A DNA stretch of 36,631 nucleotides from a virus (lineage: Duplodnaviria; Caudoviricetes): positions 1 through 36,631 of IMG/VR virus record IMGVR_UViG_3300027714_000050; one strand, written 5' to 3'. The position numbers and the translations under genes are program-made. The stretch's first letter is position 1, and each line of letters opens with the position of its first letter. The notes under the pieces were generated by a model. The model had not been told where the DNA came from and made no database searches. It was given only the letters and a program-made list of their open reading frames with translations. Shown one piece after another: positions 9,451 through 18,200 of the stretch.

Positions 9451-10641
9451 ATGGAAGAAAAGTTAGAAGAAGTAGTTGAAGAAACTACACAAGCAAACCA
9501 ACAAGATCCTGGTGATCAAAACGTAGTTAAGGTTGATGAAAGTAAATTTGAGTCTGCAGGTGACGATAGCGTTATAAAAGTAGATTTAAGTAAACCCCCA
9601 ACACCAAAACAAGATGAAGTTAAAGAAAGTAACGCTGACAACGGCGGAGTGGTTGATGGCGTTGAAAATGCCGACACCACACAAAAACAAGAAGAAGTAC
9701 AACCGGAAGCACAAGCACAAGAAGCTCCAGTATTAGAAGAAATCACTGAAGAAGAAGTTGAAAAGGTTGAAGAAGCTATAGCGGAAGCCCAAGCTACCGG
9801 AAAAGCATTACCAGAAAATATTCAAAAGTTAGTTGACTTCATAGAGGAAACTGGCGGTGATATTAGTGACTATGTAAAGCTTAATCAAGACTATAGCAAA
9901 TTAGATGATACTAGTTTATTATACGAATACTACAAGCAAACAAAACCTCATTTAGATGCAGAAGAAATTAACTTCCTTATGGAAGATACATTCTCATTCG
10001 ACGAAGATGAAGACGACGATAGAGATATACGTAGAAAGAAATTAGCGCTTAAAGAGCAAGTTGCCAGCGCTAAAAGCCACTTAGACGGGCAAAAGTCTAA
10101 ATACTATGAAGAAATTAAAGGTGGATCAAAGCTTACAACTGAGCAACAAAAAGCTGTTAATTTCTTTGATAGGTACAACAAGGAGTCAGAAGTAACTCAA
10201 AAAGCAATGAAGCAAAATACAGATGTTTTTACCCAGAAGACCGAGCAGGTTTTCAATGACAAGTTCAAAGGTTTTGAATACAATGTTGGGGATAAAAAAT
10301 ATAGGTTTAACGTTAACAACGCTAACGAGGTTAAGAATACTCAAAGTGATATAAGTAATTTTACCAAAAAGTTTTTGGATAAAAATAACACATTATCAGA
10401 CGCTAAGGGTTATCATAAATCTCTTTACACAGCTATGAACGCAGATGCCGTTGCAAAACACTTTTACGACCAAGGTAAAGCCGATGCTATGAAAAATAGT
10501 ATTGCTAAAGCCAAAAACGTTGATATGAATCCAAGACAAGCTCATGGTAAAATTGAAGCGGGTGGCGTAAAGTATAAAGTGTTAGGGCAAGATTCTTCTG
10601 ATTTTAAGTTTAAAATTAAAAACAATAAATTTAAAAATTAA
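9451..10641 (+). CDS. Capsid scaffolding/assembly protein
   Basis: Acidic low-complexity N-terminus and helical core; located between portal and major capsid genes. Confidence 0.7.
   Translation: MEEKLEEVVEETTQANQQDPGDQNVVKVDESKFESAGDDSVIKVDLSKPPTPKQDEVKESNADNGGVVDGVENADTTQKQEEVQPEAQAQEAPVLEEITEEEVEKVEEAIAEAQATGKALPENIQKLVDFIEETGGDISDYVKLNQDYSKLDDTSLLYEYYKQTKPHLDAEEINFLMEDTFSFDEDEDDDRDIRRKKLALKEQVASAKSHLDGQKSKYYEEIKGGSKLTTEQQKAVNFFDRYNKESEVTQKAMKQNTDVFTQKTEQVFNDKFKGFEYNVGDKKYRFNVNNANEVKNTQSDISNFTKKFLDKNNTLSDAKGYHKSLYTAMNADAVAKHFYDQGKADAMKNSIAKAKNVDMNPRQAHGKIEAGGVKYKVLGQDSSDFKFKIKNNKFKN
9614..9736 (+). CDS. Candidate overprinted 40-aa basic ArfA-like ORF in the +1 frame of the scaffold gene
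   Basis: ATG 9614 to TAG 9734-9736 encodes MKLKKVTLTTAEWLMALKMPTPHKNKKKYNRKHKHKKLQY. A-rich leader with A at -3 and -6. Confidence 0.5.
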   Translation: MKLKKVTLTTAEWLMALKMPTPHKNKKKYNRKHKHKKLQY

Positions 10642-10652
10642 AAAACAAAATT

Positions 10653-12161
10653 ATGGCAATTACACCAGGAACTAATTTGAATAGCACGCCTGCCGCAAGT
10701 CAGATCGCGCTATCTACAAATTATCTAGACCTCAACACTTCAACAGGTTGGGCACAACAATATTTACCAGATCTTATGGAAAAAGAAGCTGAAGTTTTCG
10801 GACCGAGAACTATTTCAGGATTTCTTTCACAAGTAGGAGCTGAAGAAGCGATGTCTGCTGATCAAGTTATTTGGTCTGAGCAAGGTCGTTTACATTTATC
10901 TTACAAAGGTAAGATTGTAACAGGTGACACTAATGATGGAGCCAACACAGGTGTGGCTGTAACTACAATGGTAACAATAGAGCAAGACATGGATGGTAAT
11001 GCTAAAACTACTGACCATGGTATTAGAGTGAATGACACTGTCATCATCGCTAACGCCGCTGGTGTTCACAAGTGTTTAGTTGTTACTGCTGCCGCTAACA
11101 CAGCTACTATTGACGTTGCTCCTTATGGATCGGCTGCAATTGCTGATAGCAATGCTTCTTTGTCTTGTACTATACTAGTTTATGGTTCTGAGTATGGAAA
11201 AGGAGTTAAGTACATGACTGGTGGAGCCGCAACAACTCAAGAAGATTCTAGAGGTGCTAACGAACCACAATTCTTTACTTACTCTAACAAACCAATCATC
11301 TTAAAAGATTACTACGAAGTATCAGGTTCTGATGCGTCTAGAATTGGATGGGTTGAAACTGCTTCTGAAGCTGGTGGTACTGGTTACATGTGGTACTTAA
11401 AAGCTGAAGCTGATACAAGAGCTCGATTTACTGATTACTTAGAAATGGCTATGCTAGAAGGCGAATTAAATGACGCTACATCTGTTATCGACGGATCTGT
11501 TACAATTCCTGCTTCTGTAGCTGGCGCTGGACAAGTTGGTACTGAAGGTTTGTTTGCTGCTATCGAATCAAGAGGTAATTTAACTTCTGGTATTACTGGA
11601 GTTAACGCTGCTACTGATTTAGCTGAGTTTGACGCTATCTTAGCTGAGTTTGATAAGCAAGGTGCTATTGAGGAGAACATGATGTTTGTAAACAGAGCTA
11701 CTTCGTTGGCAATGGATGACATGTTAGCTTCTATGAATTCTTATGGAGCTGGTGGTACTTCTTACGGAGTATTTGACAATTCTGAAGATATGGCATTGAA
11801 CTTAGGTTTTTCTGGTTTCAGAAGAGGTTCTTACGACTTCTACAAGTCTGACTTCAGGTACTTAAATGACTTAGCAACAAGAGGTGGTATTAACGCTGCT
11901 AACGCTGCTAACGCTATTAGAGGGGTCATTATCCCAGCTGGTACTTCTACGGTTTACGACCAACAATTAGGAAAGAATCTTAAAAGACCTTTTTTACACG
12001 TTCGTTATAGAGCTTCTGCAACTGATGACAGAAAAATGAAGACATGGACTACTGGTTCGGTTGGAGCTGCTACATCTGCTTTAGATGCAATGCAAATCCA
12101 CATGTTGTCAGAAAGATGTTTGATTACACAAGGTGCTAACAATTTCATGTTGATGAAATAA
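10653..12161 (+). CDS. Major capsid protein
   Basis: 502 aa after the scaffold, with strong GCT/GGT/ACT codon bias of a highly expressed gene, WAQQYLP, WSEQGRLH and GTEGLFAAIESRG motifs, and a downstream terminator. Confidence 0.88.
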   Translation: MAITPGTNLNSTPAASQIALSTNYLDLNTSTGWAQQYLPDLMEKEAEVFGPRTISGFLSQVGAEEAMSADQVIWSEQGRLHLSYKGKIVTGDTNDGANTGVAVTTMVTIEQDMDGNAKTTDHGIRVNDTVIIANAAGVHKCLVVTAAANTATIDVAPYGSAAIADSNASLSCTILVYGSEYGKGVKYMTGGAATTQEDSRGANEPQFFTYSNKPIILKDYYEVSGSDASRIGWVETASEAGGTGYMWYLKAEADTRARFTDYLEMAMLEGELNDATSVIDGSVTIPASVAGAGQVGTEGLFAAIESRGNLTSGITGVNAATDLAEFDAILAEFDKQGAIEENMMFVNRATSLAMDDMLASMNSYGAGGTSYGVFDNSEDMALNLGFSGFRRGSYDFYKSDFRYLNDLATRGGINAANAANAIRGVIIPAGTSTVYDQQLGKNLKRPFLHVRYRASATDDRKMKTWTTGSVGAATSALDAMQIHMLSERCLITQGANNFMLMK

Positions 12162-12180
12162 GCACTATTTATATTTAAGA

Positions 12181-12213
12181 GGTTGGGGGTAATTCCCCAA
12201 CCCCTTTATTTTT
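12181..12213 (+). terminator. Rho-independent terminator after the major capsid gene
   Basis: GGTTGGGG (12181-88) / CCCCAACC (12195-202) perfect 8-bp stem followed by CCTTTATTTTT. Confidence 0.85.
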
Positions 12214-12236
12214 ATTAATTTATATTATATTATATT

Positions 12237-13070
12237 ATGGCAAAAGAAGAAAAAACAATTATAGACAAAGCTAAAGATGCTTTTGGTCTAAATGAAAAAA
12301 CAATTACAGAAAAAAAAGAAAAAGCAAGAGTAAGATTAAAGCCCAATGAAGAGTGGGAAATCAAAGATAGAATATACTACTTGAAAGGTGGTAAAAAACC
12401 ACTGTCTAGATCTATTAAAACGGCTGGTATATATTACTTTGACGAAGAAAAAGGTTACGAAAGAGAGTTGAAATACTGTCAAAACCAAAAAACATCTTTT
12501 GTTGATGAAATGAAAGGTGATCAAAGATTAGAGCACATTATATTTAGATCAGGATCATTGTATGTTCCAAAGGAGAAAACAGTTCTACAAAAGCTATTAT
12601 CTTTATACCACCCTCATAAAGAAAGCTTATACGAAGAGTACAAGCCAGCAGCTATTGCGGCTGATGAAATTGATGTGTTAAACATTCAGGTTGACGCTTT
12701 AATAGCGGCTAGAAATATAGATATAGATATGGCTGAAGCTATCATGCGTGTTGAAAGAGGATCTGATGTATCTAACTTGAGTTCTAAGGAACTTAAAAGA
12801 GATTTATTAGTATTTGCTCGTAACAACCCTAAACTCTTCTTAGAGTTAGCGGATGATGAAAATGTAATGCTAAGAAACTTTGGTATCAAAGCCGTTGAAG
12901 CTGGAGTACTAAGATTATCCTCTGATCAAAGAAACTTTATGTGGGGTAGTAACGGAAGAAAATTAATGGTTATACCATTTGACGAGCATCCTTACACTGC
13001 TTTAGCGCATTGGTTTAAAACTGATGAAGGAATGGAGATTTACTCCAATATTGAAAAAAGATTAAATTAA
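12237..13070 (+). CDS. Hypothetical protein of the head module (possible structural or assembly factor)
   Basis: 277 aa with host-like codon usage, located between capsid and tail genes. Confidence 0.7.
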   Translation: MAKEEKTIIDKAKDAFGLNEKTITEKKEKARVRLKPNEEWEIKDRIYYLKGGKKPLSRSIKTAGIYYFDEEKGYERELKYCQNQKTSFVDEMKGDQRLEHIIFRSGSLYVPKEKTVLQKLLSLYHPHKESLYEEYKPAAIAADEIDVLNIQVDALIAARNIDIDMAEAIMRVERGSDVSNLSSKELKRDLLVFARNNPKLFLELADDENVMLRNFGIKAVEAGVLRLSSDQRNFMWGSNGRKLMVIPFDEHPYTALAHWFKTDEGMEIYSNIEKRLN

Positions 13071-13076
13071 TCTAAC

Positions 13077-13115
13077 TGTAGATGCGGTCGCTCTTCGGGG
13101 CGATCGTAAACTACA
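13077..13115 (+). promoter_or_regulatory. Intergenic RNA hairpin with C(UUCG)G tetraloop and no U-tract
   Basis: TGCGGTCGCTC-TTCG-GGGCGATCGTA (11 bp including G-U pairs), extended by TGTAG/CTACA. Confidence 0.7.
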
Positions 13116-13132
13116 AACTAAAAAAAGAAATT

Positions 13133-13882
13133 ATGCCGGTACCTATAGATAGAGTATATCAAAAAGTTTTGGCTTTAGCCAACAAAGAGCAAAGAGGTTA
13201 CATAACACCTCAAGAGTTTAATTTGTTTGCTGATCACGCTCAGATGGAAATATTTGAACAATATTTTTATGATTTAGAAAGAGCTATAGGTAAAACTCCG
13301 GCCGACACAGAGTTTGCTGACAAAGCTACTAATCTTGATGAAAAAATAAGTTTATTTGAAATGTACAACACTCCAACTCCTGTAACCAACCAGTATGGTG
13401 ATGTAAGATTAGGCCACTTAAATATATATAGATTAGGCGCGGTTAGAGTTAAAATTAAAGGTTTTGGACCTTATCACAAGCCAGCAGAACAATTAGACAC
13501 TAAAGAGTTAGATAAATACTCTACGCCTTTAACTAACTCTCTTAACAGTCTTGCTGGTCCTTACTTTCTTAAATACGGATCGTTAGACGAGTTGAGAGTT
13601 AAAATTTATCCTCATCCAAGTAATAGTAATAGTTATGATGATGTAAGGGTTTCATATGTTAGAAGACCTCTTGTTCCAAATTGGACTTATTTTGTTACTA
13701 ATGATGGTGCTGCACTTTATAACTCTACTGGCTCTGGCCACCAAGACTTTCAACTTCATGTTTCCGAAGAAAACAACTTAGTTACTAAAATACTACAATT
13801 AGCTGGGGTTTCTATTAAAGATTATCAATTAACGGCAATAGCAGCTCAATCTGACGGGAAAACTTCACAACAAAAAAATTAA
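13133..13882 (+). CDS. Putative tail ring/adaptor (tubular) protein (start re-assigned to ATG 13133)
   Basis: VYQKVLALANKEQRGYITPQEFNLFA N-terminus; position after head genes. The track's 13082 ATG lies inside the hairpin, whereas 13133 has the A-rich leader. Confidence 0.65.
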   Translation: MPVPIDRVYQKVLALANKEQRGYITPQEFNLFADHAQMEIFEQYFYDLERAIGKTPADTEFADKATNLDEKISLFEMYNTPTPVTNQYGDVRLGHLNIYRLGAVRVKIKGFGPYHKPAEQLDTKELDKYSTPLTNSLNSLAGPYFLKYGSLDELRVKIYPHPSNSNSYDDVRVSYVRRPLVPNWTYFVTNDGAALYNSTGSGHQDFQLHVSEENNLVTKILQLAGVSIKDYQLTAIAAQSDGKTSQQKN

Positions 13883-13885
13883 TAA

Positions 13886-15271
13886 ATGGGATTACTAGAT
13901 CAACCTGGAAATAGAATAAAAGATAATGTTCATTTTGAAGAACAAGAGCACTTTGGAAGTTATCAATTTACTTCTTTAAAAGACGTTATAGGTCAGTTTA
14001 TGGTAGCATATGTTGGTGATAACAAAATAATTCGCTCAATAAAAAAAGCCGATGTAGCTTTTCATGCTCAAAGAGGTTTACAAGAATTATCTTTTGATAC
14101 TTTAAAGTCATTTAAAGGTTTAGAACAAGTTGTTCCAGCTTCTTTACAAATGAAGCTACCAAAAGATTATGTTAATTACACAAAAATTAGTTGGGTTGAT
14201 GGATCTGGTATAAAACATCCAATTTATCCAACAAATAAAACGTCAAATCCTAGCAAGTTTTTATCCGACTCAAACGATGAGTTTGTTTTTAACAGAAATG
14301 GAGAATTAATACCAGATAAAAATCTTATTTCTAACGGAACGTTTGAAACTAGTGATGGTTGGACTTTTCCTGTTTTTTCCAGCTCCTCATCAAATCCAGC
14401 TTGGATAATAGGAGATATTGATATAACTGGAGCTGGAGTTATATTTCCAACCGGTTTTACGGGATTTAAGTTTAATAACGTATTGCAAGGAGTAATTGAT
14501 GAAATTGGTTATTGTCAAATTGATGCTCCTGAAGTTATCGAGGGAAGAAGATATAGAATAACTTATGATATTGTTTATCCTTCTAACGCTGCATCTCCAG
14601 GTCAGCTTGTACTAGCTAATCACTCCACTGAAATAAGTCAATTAAACTCTCCTTCCACTACTAACAACGTTAATCTTATTAATGAATCTGTAGTTGGAAC
14701 TCACTCTGTAGAGTGGTTGCAAGGACCTAATAATGTTGGAAAAATTAGATTGTGGAACGACGCTTCTTTTGCTGGTTTAATAGATAACATAAGGGTGGTA
14801 AGGATTGGTGAGGGTACACTATCTACAACTTTAACAAACTTTAATTCTACAACTCCATCTGAAAACAACAATGATGATTATGAGGATAATACTTATTGGT
14901 CAATGGATGGAAATAGATACGGATTAGATCCTCAGCATGCTCAAGTAAACGGATCATTTTTTATAGACCAACTAACGGGAAAAATACATTTTAGCTCTAA
15001 TATTTCAGGTAAAACTGTGATCTTAGATTATATAAGTGATAGCATTGGTACTGATGGTGAAATGCAAGTACATAAGTTTGCTGAAGAAGCCTTGTACAAA
15101 CATATCATACACGCTGTGGTATCAACTTCTTCTTGGGGTCAACAATTAGTTCCTAGATTAACGAAAGAAAAGTTTGCCGCTACACGAAAAGCCAAACTAA
15201 GATTATCAAACATTAAATTAGAAGAACTTACTCAAATTTTAAGAGGTAAATCGAAACAAATAAAACACTAG
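13886..15271 (+). CDS. Putative tail ring protein with an inserted carbohydrate-binding-like module
   Basis: DVAFHAQRGLQELSFD, LPKDYVNYTKI, ILDYISD and VHKFAEEALY blocks flank a central NLISNGTFE...W...IDNIRV jelly-roll-like segment. Confidence 0.6.
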   Translation: MGLLDQPGNRIKDNVHFEEQEHFGSYQFTSLKDVIGQFMVAYVGDNKIIRSIKKADVAFHAQRGLQELSFDTLKSFKGLEQVVPASLQMKLPKDYVNYTKISWVDGSGIKHPIYPTNKTSNPSKFLSDSNDEFVFNRNGELIPDKNLISNGTFETSDGWTFPVFSSSSSNPAWIIGDIDITGAGVIFPTGFTGFKFNNVLQGVIDEIGYCQIDAPEVIEGRRYRITYDIVYPSNAASPGQLVLANHSTEISQLNSPSTTNNVNLINESVVGTHSVEWLQGPNNVGKIRLWNDASFAGLIDNIRVVRIGEGTLSTTLTNFNSTTPSENNNDDYEDNTYWSMDGNRYGLDPQHAQVNGSFFIDQLTGKIHFSSNISGKTVILDYISDSIGTDGEMQVHKFAEEALYKHIIHAVVSTSSWGQQLVPRLTKEKFAATRKAKLRLSNIKLEELTQILRGKSKQIKH

Positions 15272-15274
15272 TAC

Positions 15275-18200
15275 ATGCCAGAGATTAAAAACACTTTTGT
15301 TGGGGGTAAGATGAATAAAGATCTTGATGAAAGATTAATGCCTAATGGACAATATAGAGATGCTTTAAACGTAGAGGTTTCTACTGCAGAAGGACCTGGT
15401 ATCGGTGTTGTTAAAAACATATTAGGTAATAAAAGACTTGAAAGTATAATTCCAGATAAGTTTACTTGCGTAGGATCTATTGCAGACGAAAAAAATAATA
15501 AGTTATATTGGTTTATTACAACCCATGAAAAAGATGCTATTATTGAATATGATATTGCTAATGATTTAGTTCTACCTGTTGTTGTTGATACAAACTCTAG
15601 TAACTCTAAAGCTGTTTTAAGATTTGGAGTTACACCTATTATAACCGGTATAAACATAATAGACAATTTATTGTTTTGGACTGATAATTTAACTGATCCT
15701 AAAAAAATAAATATAGATGAGTGTAAAAAAGGAACTTTAAACATTGATACTCACACTCAATTAACATTTGAAAATGGTAGTTTTGAAGGAGTAACTATAG
15801 AAAACGTTGTGATGACACACACTGGTGTTAACAACAATGGATTGAACTTTTTAATAAAAAACGCTTTGGGTGGTAGGTATTTTTTCTTCAATGCTAAGCA
15901 AATAGGTAGGGCTTTGGGTTACGAAGGCGCGCCCCCTGACGCGCAACATTATTTTGTTCGCCAGTACAGGAATGGTTTATTTTTAAGAAGAGTTTTAGTC
16001 AAGCTGTGGACAGCAACTGATCAAAGCGGGCAATCACAGAATGGTACTCACGGTAGAGTTGCACACACTTCTCCTGATTTTCAACACGATGGCTCTAGCT
16101 CTGACAGTAATATAGTATCTGCTTCTAATGGAATAGGTTATTATGACACGCAGTTAAATCCTGATTTTATAGTAGGTGATATACTTTACGGTGATAATGT
16201 AAGTGTAGATATAGAAGAAAGACATATAACAGTTATAAAGCCAAAACCTCTTTTAGCCCCTTCTTTTAAAATAAACCACGATAAGTACAAAGGTGTTGAA
16301 GCCCGTTTTTCCATCAAAAAAAACACAAACTCTACAAGAAATATACCTAATTTATTTGAAACTAAGTTTCCAAGGTTTGCTTATAGATACAAGTTTAGAG
16401 ATGGAGAGTTTTCTGCTTTTTCACCCTTTACTGCTGTTGTTTTTAATCCAGCATATCCAAAGGATATAAACAACTCTATAGAAACCAACGTTTTTTATAA
16501 TAAGGATAATTCTTACGATATAAAAGATCCTAGTAACAAGGCTATGGCTAATTCAATACACTCTATTGAGTTAACTGATTTTATTACATACCATACGCCC
16601 GAAGATGTTATTGAAGTTGATATTTTATATAAGCAAGAAAACTCTAGTGTTATTTATTCTATCGCAACAATTAAACATAATGACCCAGAGTGGCATTTAC
16701 CAGGTAACACACAGGGTTATGATTTAGGTTATAACAAAACTATACGATATGCTCCCGATAATTTTATAGCAAATGGAGGTTTTACTAAGGGTAAGTTTGT
16801 TATTACTACAGAAAACATATATGCAGCTTTACCTGCCAACCAATTGCTTAGGCCATTTGACAATGTTCCAAGAAGAGCGTTAGCTCAAGAAGTAACTGGT
16901 AACAGAGTTGTTTACGGTAATTATTTGCAAAACTACAATTTAGGAAATCATAAAACTAAAATGAGTGCTGTTTACGGACAAAGAAATAATATTAACACCT
17001 TTGAAGCACAGGGACTACCATCTATAAAATCTCAAAGAAACTATCAATTAGGCGTTATTTATTGTGATGAACACGGTAGAGAAACACCGGTATTCACTTC
17101 AAATAAGAGCGCTGTTGCTGTGCCTTGGGCTAATGTTAATGGTTTAAAAAATGCAAGCCAAAGCAATCAACTTAGTACTAGTATAACCGCTGACTTTCCA
17201 CGGTGGGTTGATTCAATAAAATTTTACGTAAAAGAAACCTCTAACGAGTACTATAATTTAGTAATGGATAGAGCTTGGGTTGTTCAAAAAACCTACGAAT
17301 TAGACAACTCAGAAGGTCACATGTGGATTTCTTTTCCATCTTCTGACAGAAATAAAATCTCAGAACAAGATTATATTATACTAAAAAAACAAGTTGGAGC
17401 AGGGCAAGAGCAAGTCCAAGATGAAAATAAGTTTAAGATAATAGATATTTCCAACGAAGCTCCTGACGCAATAAAATATGAATTAGTAAATCAAGGTGTA
17501 ACTAACACTGAAGCTGAAACAGCTGCATTATTCGCGGATGTTGGTACTGGTGGAGAAAGACCTGATAACGCTGGTACTAACAATTTGTTTATTAACGTAG
17601 AGGCTTGGTCTAAAGGTAATAGTTTCATGGGAATTCCATTTAATGATGGTGATCCTGATATAGTAGGACCCAACACAAGAGTAAAGTTAGATGGTCTTTA
17701 TGTTTCTTGGTTTAGATTAAATCCCAACCAAAGCCAAGCATCTAAAAAATATAAAGTATTATCTGGTAGATTGGTTAGTGGTGCGGAAAATATAATGTTA
17801 AAGCTTGCTAGTGATATAACACAAATAGATGCTGACATAGCACACATCGACAATGTTTCACCAGCAGGATTTGATCCAGCAACCAATATGCATGGTGACA
17901 TTAGGTTTCAAATAGAGAAAAAAGAAGAAAAAACAGGTGAAGATTTTTCTGGTTCATTTTTTGTAAAAATATCAAAAAACCAAGTTACAGAGCTTATTGA
18001 ATCAGGAAGTAAAACTAACATTATAACTGATCATTCAGTGTCAGCTAAAACGCCGATTTTTTGGTGGAGAGATGAGATAGCTGGTGACACTGGTAGTACT
18101 GGAACTACTAATGAAATTAGAACAAATGATGATGATTATGGGCTTGCAACCTACTCTGGACTTGGTAGTCTTGCTGATGATGGAGCTGGAGACATGGCAA

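Noticed and set aside
13077-13115. Hairpin as an intrinsic terminator or tRNA fragment
   Set aside because: No adjacent U-tract on either strand and no cloverleaf; kept only as a structured element.
13082-13132. Track start for the ring protein
   Set aside because: The ATG is buried in the UUCG hairpin; ATG 13133 follows an A-rich leader.
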